Source: the human T2T-CHM13v2.0 reference genome, Homo sapiens
DNA: 64,000 nucleotides
NCBI RefSeq assembly: GCF_009914755.1
Contig: NC_060925.1
Strand: one strand, 5' to 3'
In this document: one piece after another, positions 1 to 15,130 of the stretch
Layout: the number at the start of each line of letters is the position of its first letter
Numbering within the stretch: position 1 is the first letter of the stretch
Notes under the pieces: model-generated
Told to the model about the DNA's origin: nothing
Database searches by the model: none
The model's input: only the letters and a program-made list of their open reading frames with translations
Translations under genes and position numbers: made by a program

Positions 1-171
1 TATCCCATGTAAATATTAAATGCAATATATGTGTATAAGGTTTTTAAGAGTAAAACTTCATAAACTATAAGTATTATAATTACTTTTTATTAGTATAGGC
101 TATACATATACCCTTTCAAAAATTTTTGATTTTAGAGCACAATGTTTTTCATTCCTAACCAGCTCATAGTA

Positions 172-878
172 TGACATAGTTTTGATGTTGATACCCTCCA
201 AATCTGCAATGTTGGAGGCAATGCTTAATGGGAGGTGTCTGGATCATGAGGCCAGATCTTGCATGAATATCTTGGTGATATCCTTGAAGTAATGAGTGAG
301 TTCTTGCTCTACTATTAGGTTCTGTGAGAAATGATTTTTAAAAAGAGCTTGGCATCTCCCTACCCTCTCTCTTGCCACCCCTCTTGTCATGTGATCTCTG
401 CACACATTAACTCCCCTTTGCCTTTTGTGATGAGTGGAAGCGTCCTGAGGCCCTCACCGGAGTTATGCTTCTTGTACGGCATGGAAAACTGTAAACCAGG
501 ACAGGTGCTGTGGCTTACACCTGTAACCAGCACTTTGGGCAGATCACTTGAGATCAGGAGTTTGAGACCAGCCTGCCCAACATGGTGAAACCCTCTCTCT
601 ACTAAAACCAGCTGGATGTGGTGGCACACACCTGTAATCACAGCTACTCAGGAAGTAGACTCAGGAATTACTTGAACCCGGGAGGTTGAGGTTGCAGTGA
701 GCTGAGATCGTGCCACTGCACTCCAGCCTGAGTGGCAGAGTGAGGCTCTGTCAAAACAACAACAACAACAACAAAAACAAACAAACAAACAAAGAACTAT
801 GAGTCAAATAAATCTCTTTCCTTTATAAATTGATTAATTGCCCAGGTATTCCTTTATAACAACACAGAGTCAGACAAG
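172..878 (+). mobile_element. MST-family MaLR solo LTR (MSTB-like), split by an Alu
   Basis: Starts tgacatagttttgatgttg..ccctccaaatct; the MST 3' end (aaataaatctctttcctttataaat..caggtattcctttataacaacac) resumes after the Alu. Confidence 0.8.
499..793 (+). mobile_element. Alu (AluS-like) with small internal deletions and a (CAA)n/(CAAA)n tail
   Basis: Both Alu arms recognisable; degenerate TSD aaaactgtaaacca / agaactatgagtca. Confidence 0.93.
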
Positions 879-2499
879 TTACTTCACATATTATAAGCAG
901 CATTGACATGTGGAAAGGTTATAATTTTGATGCAAATATTAAAAGGATTTTTAGGAAAATTTGCAAATCTCAAACTGTGTCAGAAACATTAGTAATTCAC
1001 TATTACAATAAAACAGAAATCACTTACATATAGATTATATGATTATAAATATCTAGGTTGATTTCACTCTTGGATCAAATTTTACTGTTATATTTAAAAT
1101 ATAAATTTATCATTGGAAACATATTCTTTTCTAAACGAAAACTAGAATGGTTTACTAATGTATTTTGGGGGCATATTTGATATTTATTAATAAAGGTTCT
1201 CTGTGAAGTAACGTGATATTAGATTATTTTTATAGCAAACTCTGTTTTTAGCTTCTCAACAAATTGCATATGCTAGCCCTGAGGAAAAATTTTAAAAATT
1301 CTGTCCATTTGGATTTTTCACCCTTATTTATCTCCTAAATACATATTTTTCCTTGAGTATCAAGAGTCTTAAAACTTTTACTACTAAAATATTGTTTGCT
1401 AAAGTAATTATAAATACAAATTTGTTTAAGAGCTATAAATATTTTATAAGTTAAGAATTATTATATATCATTAGTTCCTTCCATTATATTAAATATATTT
1501 GCATAAGTATATAAAAGAAATAATGAGGAAAAAATAGGTAGAAAGTATTAAGTGCAGCCGTGTATTTAATTCCAGGATATTGCTATGGCTCTTACAAATC
1601 CAAATGGGAAATATTAAATAAAGAAACACCACCTGTGCATAGAAAACAATTTTAATAATTAAAGTGGGTTACTTTTCCCTATGATTACAAGTGTTTTGTT
1701 GTTGTTGTTGTTGTTGGTTTTACAAAATATGTTAAGATAACCAAAGAAACTTTTTTAAAAGTCTCAGCAGTTATGTTTTTAACTCAAGGATAATGAATAA
1801 AACAATTTTTAGTTTATGTTCTAAGCAATGAAACAGTCTAACAGTTGAATCACATTAATTACAGAGTTGCTGGATAAAAAAAAAAAAGTATAATTGAAAT
1901 CACTACTTTTCTCCCAATTTTACTTGTTTGGAACGTATAGAATAGGGAAGTTTTAAAATAATATGGCTTTAAAGTCTTCAAAAATAGGGTTAATAACGTT
2001 CAATTTTATGTATTTTCTTAATCATATTTATAATTAACATGTATCCTTTTGGGCCCATCATTTCATTACTGTAGAATTTTGACCAATCATATTGTCAACT
2101 CTTGAGTCATCTCATTTGGGAAGTAATTTGGACCAACAGCAGAGGTTCATACCTTAGGGTACTGAGCCTGACTGCTGCTGTACAGGTAATTTATGAACTC
2201 ATGTATAACTTCACCAATGTGTGTGTGTGTGTTCCTCCTTACCTTGTGTAATTTATGGGGACTTGTCTAACACACTTAGTAGAGTTTATCTTCCATACAA
2301 CACAATCACATAATGCCCAGTTTTAGGTATTTTTGTTTTAAATTCCTTCAAATGTTCTTGTGATCTCAGCTGGCATTCTTCTTCCTAGAATTAAACAAAC
2401 AAACAAAAATCATGTGACCAAATAAATACACAATTAAGTAACCAAAAATTACACAGATTTGTTTAAATAGAAATAAAAAGTCTAGAGAAAATGTTTTTC

Positions 2500-4150
<1,651 letters not shown>

Positions 4151-4759
4151 TTTAGAAACTTAAATAGTAATATTGTATAAAGGCATCTTTTGTTGGAGAA
4201 CATTCAAATGCTTTCCTTTTTAAGGAGGATTTTCAGACTGGAGGTCTTTCACATTGCCATATGCATTAAATATATATGGGAGTTTAGTATAAGTAAAATT
4301 TTCTGTAAAACTAATGTCAGATGATGTGAAATCCAGATGAAGCTCAGCTTTCAATATCTCAATCACAGTAATACAGAAAAAGAAAACTATTCAAACTTGG
4401 AAAGAAACACAGTAGTATATTAATGGTGAGGACTGGTTTATTTGCTAACTCTAGTCTGTTTATTGCATTCCTCATTTCTTGTCTAACCTGGGGGCCCAAT
4501 TCCATAGATATTTTTCAAATGTATACATCTTGGAGCGTTAGATAGTTTATGAGAGTAACTGATAGGCAGAAATGTAAAAATGTACAAGAAGGCTCTGCAG
4601 AAACTGTGGTAGCATAGTAACATTGTAGCAATTCAAAATGATAACTTGCTGTGATTAGAATTTTCAGAGTGGCATCAGCCAAGTGGCTGAGTAGACTTAC
4701 CTTATGCTCATATTCCTTATAAAAAAGGACCAAAACAAGAAATAAACCATGATATTTTC

Positions 4760-6225
4760 TTTTTTTATTTTAATTTTTTTAGTATTTATTGATCATTCTT
4801 GGGTGTTTCTCGGAGAGGGGGATTTGGCAGGGTCATAGGACAATAGTGGAGGGAAGGTCAGCAGATAAACGTGTGAACAAAGGTCTCTGGTTTTCCTAGG
4901 CAGAGGGCCCCACTGCCTTCCGCAGTGTTTGTGTCCCTGGGTACCTGAGATTAGGGAGTGATGATGACTCTTAACGAGTATGCTGCCTTCAAGCATCTGT
5001 CCAACAAAGAACCATCTTGCACCGCCCTTAATCCATTTAACCCTTAGTGGACACAGCTCATGTTTCAGAGAGCACGGGGTCGGGGGTAAGGTTATAGATT
5101 AACAGCATCCCAAGGCAGAAGAATTTTTCTTAGTACAGAACAAAATGGAGTCTCCTATGTCTACTTCTTTCTACACAGACACAGTAACAATCTGATCTCT
5201 CTTTCTCTTCCCCACATTTCCCCCTTTTCTATTCGACAAAACCGCCATCATCATCATGGCCCGTTCTCAATGAGCTGTTGGGTACACCTCCCAGACGAGG
5301 TGGTGGCCGGGCAGAGGGGCTCCTCACTTCCCAGACGGGGCGGCCGGGCAGAGGCGCCCCCCATCTCCCAGACGGGGCGGCAGCTGGGCGGGGGCTGCCC
5401 CCCACCTCCCGGATGGGGCAGCTGCCGGGCGGAGATGCTCCTCACTTCCCAGACGGGGCGGCTGCCAGGCAGAGGGGCTCCTCACTTCCCAGAAAGGGCG
5501 GCCTGTCAGAGACGCTCCTCACCTCCCAGACGGGGTGGCAGCGGGCCAGAGACACTCCTCAGTTCCCAGACGGGGTCGCGGCGGGGCAGAGGCGCTCTTC
5601 ACGTCTCAGACGGGGCGGCGGGGCAGAGGCGCTCCCCACATCCCAGACGATGGGCGGCCAGGCAGATGCTCCTCACTTCCTAGATGGGATGACGGCTGGG
5701 AAGAGGCGCTCCTCACTTCCCAGACTGGGCGGCCGGGCAGAGGGGCTCCTCACATCCCAGATGATGGGCGGCCAGGCAGAGACGCTCCTCACTTCCTAGA
5801 CGGGGTGGCGGCCCGGCAGAGGCTGCAATCTCGGCACTTTGGGAGGTCAAGGCAGGTGGCTGGGAGGAGGAGGTTGTAGTGAGCCGAGATCACGCCACTG
5901 CACTCCAGCCTGGGAAACATTGAGCACTGAGTGAGCGAGACTCCGTCTGCAATACCGGCACCTCGGGAGGCCGAGGCTGCCAGATCACTCGCCTTCAGGA
6001 GCTGGAGACCAGCCCGGCCAACACAGTGAAACCCCGTCTCCACCAAAAAATACGAAAACCAGTCAGGCGTGGCGGCGCACGCCTGCAATCCCAGGCACTA
6101 GGCAGGCTGAGGCAGGAGAATCAGGCAGGGAGGTTGCAGTGAGCCGAGATGGTGGCAGCACAGTCCAGCCTCAGCTGGGCATCAGAGGGAGACCGTGCAA
6201 AGGGGAGAGGGGAGAGGGGAGAGGG
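4760..6225 (-). mobile_element. Full-length SVA retrotransposon (older SVA_A/B type, probably SVA_B)
   Basis: Poly(T) at 4760, SINE-R 4781-5285, GC-rich VNTR (ctcctcacttcccagacgggg units) about 5285-5820, Alu-like domain, (GGGGAGA)n hexamer-region variant 6201-6225; TSD gatattttc at 4751-4759 and 6226-6234. Confidence 0.97.
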
Positions 6226-8196
6226 GATATTTTCATTAGAGTGACTGAAGAAGTACACTGGAGAGAACTAGGAGAACAGTGAAATCTCAGAGAACAGTGA
6301 TCACAAAAGCCCAGGATAGGACCATAAAGAAGGGAGCAAGGTATTCTTCCTCTGCCACACTGTCTCTCTTGCTGAAATTGGCTTGAAGTCAGAGGGGACT
6401 TCTTACCAAAGATCTCTAGATATAATAGACATCCCTAGTGGCTTCTGTTGTTGCCATGAATGCTAGCAATTTCTGCTTCATTAGAAATCTCAAGCTCTCA
6501 AAGACCCCAGATACTGTTCGGAGAGTAGCTGGGAATTCATGCAGCTACATTGCCTCAAAGTAGAAGTCTGCCTTCAGCACCCCGACTCCCACATCCTAAG
6601 CTGCTATGGCTCAGTGTCTTCTTGAAACTGAAACCACTACTAGAGTAAGTCTTATCCTAGGGGCTAGGAGCAACTGACCCTCTCCATATCTAAGGTTTCA
6701 CTGTAATTTGCCCAGATTCACACAAGTGCCTGCAATACCACCTCCCCAGCTGCCTGGAGCCTAGGACAGATGTAATGACCAAGACCCCAGCCTCTAAACC
6801 TGTGCAACGTACCACTACCCCAGTGAACTGGTGGGCCTGCACAGTACAGAAGCCACTAGTCAGCCCAGCCTGCTGCACATTTACATGTCTACTTAGCCCA
6901 ACACCAGGTCCTATGACTGGCATAGCCTCACCCCAGATTGCTTCAGATACACCCAGGCTTGACACATTCTCATCCACTCATGTACATACCAACAGCCAGT
7001 CTGGTGGCTAGACAGACTGGGGCAAGATCAAAGGGCTCCCACGGTATCTGCATCCTCCTGCATCTGGTTTAACAGCCATCTGGGGCAGCCTCATCCCTGC
7101 AGAGAAACTGCCACAATGCCACATGGCCCAATCATGCCTACTCACCCTCACTCTTAGCCTGACAGCTGTCTGGGAGTGACCCTTCTCCTGAAGACAGACC
7201 ACAAGAAGGTCACCAGGCACTGCTATGCCTGAACACACTCAGCCCAACATCCAGTCTGGTGGCAATCCTGTCCCCCAACAGAGATAGTCACACAGTCTTC
7301 AGGTTGGCTATGCCAGTGTGTGTCCAAGCCTGGCCCAGCAACCAGCCTGTGGACAGCAACAGCCTACACAGAGGGCCACAAAATAGACTTTTGGCCCTCT
7401 GTGCCTGCAAGCAATATGACAATCAGCCTAGCTTCTGCTCCCAGTGGAATCATGCCACTGCCATCACAAACTCCTAAGCATCTTAGGTCATTGGGGCAAT
7501 TATAGTCTTCACTGAAGATTACAGCTAATGAAAATGCACAGAGACCTCACTACTGAACCCACCCAGAACGAAAGTCAATGCATTATATGGATAGGAATAT
7601 CCAGATTAAAAAGCTCAAAGGTATATAATTGGATTCAACCCAAAAGAATCCTCTCTAAGGCACATTATATTCAAACTATCAGGTTAAAGACAAAGAAATA
7701 ATTCTAAAAACATCAAAACAATCAAGTCACACATGAAGGAATTTCCGTTAGACTCACAGAAGATTTCTTAGCAAAAACCTTACAGTCTAAGAGAGAATTA
7801 GGTATTATATTTAAAGTACTAAAAACAGTCACCTAAAATACCGTATCCAGCAAAGCTATACTTCAGAAATGGGAGATAAATGAAGATCTTTCCAGACAAG
7901 CAGTAGCTGAGGGAATTCATCACTCACTAGACCAGCCTTAGGAAGAATGCTTGAGAGTGCTACAACTGAAACAAAAGGATGATAATAACTAACATAGAAA
8001 CATGTGAAAGCATAAAATTCACCAGTAAAGGAAAATTCATAAATTTAACTCAGAATAATATAGTAATAATTCTCAAACTATCAAAAGTTAAAGGCAAAGA
8101 AATAATTCTAAAAACAGCAAAAGAAAAACATCACACACAGGAAATTTCTATTAGACTAAGATAATTTTTCTCAGCAGAAACCTTACAGTCCAAGAG

Positions 8197-9063
8197 GTTT
8201 TGTTTTGTTCTGTTTGTTTTGTTTTCGGTCAAAAATTTTCCCTTTTAAATATTTTATCTCAATAGTTTTTGAGGAAAATGTGGTTTTCAGTTACGTGGAT
8301 AAGTTCTTTATTAGTGATTTCTGAGATTTTGGTGCACCTGTCAGCCAAGCAGGGTATACTATATCCAATATTTAGTCTTTTATCCCTCATCCCCTTCCCA
8401 CTCTTCCCTTCGGTCCCCTAAATCCATTATATCATTCTTATCCTTTGTATCCTCATAGCTTAACTACCACTTATAATTGAGAACATACAATATTTGGTTT
8501 TTAATTCCTGAGATATTTTATTTAGAATAATGTCATTCAACGCCACCCAGGTTGCTGTGAATGCCATTATTTCATTCTGTTTTATGGCTTAGTAGTATTC
8601 CATGGTGTATACATAAGACATTTTCTTTATCCACCCATTCTTTGAGGAGTATTTAGGTAGGTTCCATATTTTTGTAATCACTAATTGTGCTGCTATAAAC
8701 ATGCATGTGCATGTGTCTTTTTCATATAATGACTTATTTTCTCTTGGACAGATATCCAGTAACGGAATTGCTAGATTGAATGGTGTTTTTACTTTTAGTT
8801 CCTTAAGGAATCTCCATACTGTTTTCCATAGTGGTTATACTAGTTTACATTCTCACCTGCAGTGTAAGACAGTTCCCTTTTTACCATATCCACACCAACA
8901 TATACTATTTTTCGATTTTTAAATTATAGCCATTTTTGCAGCAGTAAGGTGGTATCTTATTGTGGTTTTAATTTGCATTTCCCAGATAATTAGTGATCTT
9001 GAACATTTTGTCATATGTTTGTTGTCTGTTTGTATATCTTCTTTTGAGAATTGCCTATTTATT
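8197..9063 (-). mobile_element. 5'-truncated L1PB (L1PB1-3-like) 3' end
   Basis: ggataagttctttattagtgatttctgagattttggtgcacc matches the L1PB 3'UTR; T-rich tail 8197-8240. Confidence 0.85.
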
Positions 9064-9231
9064 TAAACGTCATGCCATCCAACAATTTTAAAGGCACACC
9101 CTTCTCAACTGCATATGGAACAGTATCCAGGAGAGATCACAACTTGGTCACATAACAAGTCTAAACAAATTTAAGAAGACAGAGATTATACAAAGTCTCT
9201 TTTCAGACTTTCATGGTATAAAACTAGAGAT

Positions 9232-9233
<2 letters not shown>

Positions 9234-9276
<43 letters not shown>
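9234..9276. repeat. (CA)n microsatellite
   Basis: About 21 perfect CA units. Confidence 0.97.
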
Positions 9277-9279
<3 letters not shown>

Positions 9280-12200
9280 CCCTACAGATTTACTGTGTTA
9301 TGTAAAATGTTCAATACTCCAATATGAAAGTTTAAGTCAAAATGCCTAAAAACAACAGGTACAATTAATGACTAAGAATAAGTAATTAAAACAGCAGAAA
9401 TATAAATTGAGTTTGAGGGAGGAGAAGTATAGAGTATTTTTGTAGGACAAAATTCAGCTTGATCTTAGCATAAAATAATCCACTGTAACTACAGGATTCT
9501 TTATGTTATCCCCATTGAAATCACAAAGAAAAAAATACAGCATATATACAAGAAATAGGAAGGAAACAAAACTTAGAACCACAGAAAAATAATAAATTAC
9601 AGAAATAAACCGTAAAAGAGGAATTAAAAAGAAAACATAGGATTTACCAAACAACCAGAAAATACTTAACAAAATAGCAGGACTAAGTCACTATCTGTCA
9701 ATAATAACCTTGAATGTCAACAAACAAAATTATCCAATTAAAAGATATAGAGTGAATGAATTAAAAAGAAGACCAAACTGTATCATGCCTACAAGAAACT
9801 CACTGCATGATTACAGGTAAACATGAACTGAAAGTGAAGAAAGGAAAAAAGATATTCCATGGAAACAGAGCCAAAGGAAACAGGGTTAGCTATCCATATT
9901 TGAGATAAAACAGAGTAAATTGAAAAGAATAAAAGAGACAAAGAAGGTCATTATGCAATGACAAAGGGATAAATTCAGCAAGAGGATATAATGATTCCAA
10001 ATATATATGTACTCAACACTGGAGCAGCTAGCTAAATAAAGCAAATATTATTAGACCTAAACAGAAATACAGACTACAATACAGTAATAGTAGAGGACTT
10101 TAGCACTCTACTTTGATCAATGAACAGAACATAGAGACAAAAATTCAACAATCATCAGACTTAAACTGCACCATGGACCAAATAAATATTTACAGAACAT
10201 GCCATCCAACAATTGATTCTTCTCACCCGCATGTGGAACATTATCCAGAATAGATCACAACTTAGGCCACAAAACAATAAACAAATTTAAGAAGATAGAG
10301 GTTCTATAAAGTCTGTTTTCTGATTTCAATTGTATAAAACTAGAGATCAATGCAGAAAAACTTCAGAAACTTTACAAATACATGGAAATTAAAAAAATAT
10401 GGCCCTAAACCATAAAGAAACCTCAAAGAAGAAATTAAAAGGAAAATGAAAAATTTCCATGAGACAAGCAAGAATGGAAACACAGTATAGTCATAACTAT
10501 AAACATACTAAAGGCAGTTGAGAGACATAATTTTATGTTAATAAATCTCTAAACCAAAAATAAAGATTTCTAATAAACAACCTAATGAAACATGACAAAA
10601 AAGTAGAAAAACAAGAATTAAACCCAAAATTCTTCTTGTGGAAGAAAATAAATAATAAACCTACGGTAGAAATAACCAAAATAGAGACTAAAAAGTTTCA
10701 AAAGATCAACAAAATAGAGTTGGTTTTTTGAAAACAAACTAAATTGACAAAACTTGAGCTAGGCTAACAAGTGAAAAAGAAAAGAACAGATTCAAATAAA
10801 ATTAAAGATGAAAAACAGAGACTTCACAACTCATACCATAGAAATACAAAGGATCATAAGAGACTATTATGAACAGCTATAAGCCAAAAAATTGATAACC
10901 TAGAAAAAAATGAATAAATTCATGAAGACAACTTACCAAGTTTAAATTTGAAGCCATATAAAATCTGAGCAGACCAATAACAAGTCAAGAAATTGAATGA
11001 GTAATAAAACATCATCCAAAATTTTCAAACATCTACAGTCAACTGATTTTCCACAAAAGTGCTGAAAACAAAGATTGGAGAAACGACAGTGTGTTCAATA
11101 AATTATGCTGAAAATATTATATATCCATATATAAGAGAATGAGACTAGAGCACTACCTCCAACCACATAAAAAAATCAACTCACAATAGATTAACTGTTT
11201 AAACCAGCAATCAGAAGCTATGACAGTACTGGAAGAAAACAGGTAAAATACTCCATGAAATTGGGATGAGCATGGATTTTAAAAATAAGATATCAAAAGT
11301 ATAGACAACAAAAAGTAAAACTATACAAATGGAATTACATCAAATTAAAAAGATTTTGTAGAGACAAGGAAACTCTTAATGTAGTGAAAAGATAACCTAC
11401 AGAATGGGAAAAAAACTTGCAAAGTCTAAATCTGACAGGGAGTTGATATTCAGAATACATAAGAAAATAGAACAACTCAACAGTAAAAATAATACAATTT
11501 TTTAAATGATGAAAGGCCCTCTCAAAATAAGAACAGATAGCCAATAGGTATAAGAAAAAATTCTCAACATCTCTCATCAACAGGGAAATGCAAATCAAAG
11601 ACACCATGAGATAACGCCTCACTTCAGATAGAATGGCTATTATTAAAATAAATAAATAAAATGACTGCTGGTGATGATGTAGAGAAAATGGTAGACTTGA
11701 ACACTGTTGGGATTATAAATTAATGTAGCCATTATGGAAAATAATATGGAGGTTCCTAAAAAAGTTCTATTTTTAAGAACTACCATATGATCCAATAATC
11801 CCACTCCTGTGTATATATGCAAAGGAAATGAAATCAGTGTGTCAATGAGATATTTGCACTGCCATATTTATTGTAGCACTATTTACTATAGTCAAGATAT
11901 TGCATCAACCTTTGTGTCCAACAGTGAATGAATATATAATATAAAGAAAATGTGGTATCTACACAATTAAATAATATTGAGACATAAAAAAGAATGAAAT
12001 CTTAACATTTGTGAAAACATGAAGAAAATGGATGACATTAGTTAAGTGAAACAAGCCAGATGCAGAAAGACAAGTACCACATAATCTCATTCATATAAAG
12101 AAAAAAAAAGTTGATATCGATAACAGTAGATATTAGAACAGTGAGTACCAGAAACTAGGGAAGGAAGGGGAGAAAGGAGGATGGGAAGGAAGGGGAGAAG

Positions 12201-13794
12201 GGAGGATAGGAAGAGTCTGGTCAGAGGCTAGAAAGTTACAATTACACAGGGGAAATAAATTCTGGTGTTCTATTTCACTGTGCTACGACTATAGTTAACA
12301 GTTGAATAGTGTGTAGTACAAAATAGCTAAAAGGGAGACTTTTAGATATTCTCACCACAAAAAATAATAAATAATTGAGGTGATGGATACACAAACAACC
12401 CTGAATGGAGCATTATGCAATATAGATATGTAAAATAAAATCACACTGTATCCAGTAAATATATATAATTACAATTAGTCAATTAAAATCTGGAAAACTT
12501 TTTTGAAAAGAATTCTACAGCATTTTAAATGAGTAATGACATATTTTTCAATGTGCTTGACAATAAGGATTTCAGAGCAATTTCTGATTTTTAAACTGAA
12601 CTTTTACATCTGTAGAAGTTGAATAAATGTTTAAAAATTGGCTCTAAATAAACGTGTCAGATAACATAATATTGTCTGATGCTTTAAGGCAAATTTGATT
12701 AGCAGTTACTTCATTCTGATCTTGATAAATCACATTGAAAGCAGATGTACTTTTCAATAAACCTAAATTGAAATTTTTCAATCCTTTTTTTCTTCTAAAC
12801 TGTATATATCTTCAAAGGCATTCAATTTTATATAAATAAAAGTATTTAATTGCATAAGCTAAAGAGTTTTTGGTTTAACTAAGCATTCTAAACTACAAAG
12901 AGACCAAATTTGAATATGAATTGCTATACCTTTGAAGAATAGCTATGTCATTAATCTGTAATCAGTCACTGACATATTCATTTGTTCAAGGGACCAGCTG
13001 TTGGTAGGGCAATTTTCATAAAATTAGAAATCAATGTTATAGCCATATGCAGTGTTTGATTCCACACAGAAGGGAATTAGTAATAAAACTAGAGTTTGGT
13101 ACTTCATAAAAAGATGACATTCATGTAATCTTAACCCTTTACACAAATAAACTTGAAGTTAAGAATGTTTTTAGAAATGGTTATTTTCACTTTCTAACAT
13201 ATGTTCTGAAAGTGTTTAGTTTATTTTTGTAGAAAAGTAATATCAGAAAAATATAAATGCAAATATAAAAATGAGCTAATATATGTGTCCCTAGTAGGAG
13301 TACCTGTGACTAGAAAAAAAATAAAATTCATAATAAAAGTAAAACTCCCCATTATGGGTTATTTTGTGATGAGAAGATACTATAATTATCGTAATACAAA
13401 TCGAGTTTTCATCCAAAATACTAACTATAATGATTTGGGTATATATACAATGTCAACTGATTTATATAATTTATGCAAACCAAAGATAATGTATCTAAAT
13501 AAAAAATAATTTAGGAATAGAAATTATTTTGATCAATTGAGTCAACATCAGGTGATAAATTATGTGTATTGTTATAGAAAATAAACAGACATTTTTACTG
13601 GCTAGTTTTACTGCCTTTCTTGAGGAAATCATAATCAGATGCTTGTAAAAGTGCCAATCAGTTATCCAAATATATTTTGTAATAAGAAGTATGAATACAC
13701 AGTGTCATCATATAATAATATATATATCATCATATATATCATATATAAATATATATAATTTAAAAGCTAGTGCTCTTGTCTGCACCATCGTCTT

Positions 13795-13885
13795 CTCCCC
13801 TTGAGGTTCAGTTCCCTCATTTGTAAACTGGGTATGATTGTAATACCTACCTCACAGGTTTATTGCAAGAGCTACAGAAATTATT
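13795..13885 (+). mobile_element. MIR core fragment
   Basis: tcagttccctcatttgtaaactgggtatgattgtaatacctacctcacagg. Confidence 0.8.
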
Positions 13886-13919
13886 GCACGGTAGAGTGCA
13901 ATTGGATTTTATCATTCTA

Positions 13920-14213
13920 TTCCTTTGCAAAATGTCATCAAACTAAAAAAAATCTATGGTATCTAGAATAATTTTCTTCACAGAATTATTAATGAAGGAA
14001 TATACATTGTTTAGGTTACATGTTGTTTGAAGTAATTTTATTTCAATACAAAGTATGAAAGAGTATATACCTCTGACTTTGTTTTTGTTTTAGTGGGTGT
14101 CAGGAACTCAGCTCAGCTGGAAAAGAGTTGAGCCACTGGAGAATTGGCTGCTGTCAGAGTAACCAATTAAAGCAACAAGCCTAAAAATAGAAGAGAATCA
14201 GAGAATCCTTTAA
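13920..14213 (+). repeat. Copy 1 of a diverged ~300-bp local duplication
   Basis: Colinear with 15940-16218 (aatgtcat..attaatgaag..tttcaatacaaa..cctctga..gctcagctggaa..gagaatc). Confidence 0.85.
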
Positions 14214-14839
14214 TCCATATATATATGTATATATCTTGATATATACATATTAATACATCTTAATCCATATACATATACATCTATATATATATCCTTTAAT
14301 CAATGGGATTTACTGCATTTATAAATGTACACAAAAACGTGTTTTAAAGTGGCAGTGAGTCCATCTTGTTGTGTCCATAGCCTATGTCCCAGTCACAATG
14401 CAGCTTTATTAATGAGACAATGGATCAAGCCCTGGGATAGATGGGGCAGGAAAATATTAACACTCATATTGTATATAATCCCATTCCCCTGTTTTTACAG
14501 ATCCTTCTGAAGTGGGAAATTTAAGAAAAATGTTACAGGAAGAAAAATTTTCATATCTGGTGCCTAGTTATAAATAAGTTTTTCCAAAATCTTCTAACAA
14601 AAACTTTTTTGTTTCAATCCTGTAATTTGGTAATTTTAACTTCCTTAATAATACTATGATAGTAAATTAAACAAGCAAACAAACAAAAATATAGGTGTAA
14701 ATTATTATTCATTTATTCCATGCAGGTAAAGGGTTTGTTTCTTCCCCTAGAATTTGAACACACTTGTGACTGCCTGGATTGATAAAAATATGGTTTTTCT
14801 GAATTTCAACAAACTGTGTTCTATACTCCACTTAAATAT

Positions 14840-14955
14840 AAAACCTATGAGATAAGGGATATTTTCTGTCTTGCCTCACAGTTATGTATCTGGTAATCAG
14901 CCCAGCAATTGGCAAATTTTAGATACTGAATATAAATTTATTGAATAAATAAAAA
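14840..14955 (+). mobile_element. L2 3' end
   Basis: ctatgagataagggatattttctgtcttg..aaatttattgaataaataaa. Confidence 0.6.
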
Positions 14956-15130
14956 AGCAAGTGGGTGAGGATCATAGATGTGGCTCTCAATAAGAAAGCA
15001 TTTCCCTTTTAAAAAACTGGAACATATTTATATTTCCAATATAGGTGATTCTTGCAAAAACATTCAAATTAATATATTAACTTTAAGCCAGAATGGGTTA
15101 AAGAATTAATATATTAACTTTAAGCCAGAA

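Larger units (their letters stand above)
4666..12488 (+). mobile_element. Near-full-length, rearranged L1MA4A-like LINE: 5'UTR, ORF1 remnants, ORF2 EN, deleted RT, 3'UTR
   Basis: 5'UTR 4666-7570 split by the SVA; ORF1-like 7580-8060; ORF2 EN from about 9670; jump near 11020 skips the RT; 3' end ttctcaccacaa..gaggtgatggat..gtcaattaaaa; weak possible TSD agaattttcag / agaattctacag. Confidence 0.8.

Noticed and set aside
5254-6088. Overlapping Arg/Gly-rich ORFs, and the VNTR as a CRISPR-like array
   Set aside because: SVA VNTR: degenerate tandem units without unique spacers, and GC-rich sequence lacks stop codons
6690-7505. Cluster of ORFs in moderately GC-rich sequence
   Set aside because: Lies in the L1MA 5'UTR with internal repeats; no recognisable protein similarity
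12158-12210. 25-bp purine tandem duplication
   Set aside because: Ordinary slippage in the L1 3'UTR polypurine tract
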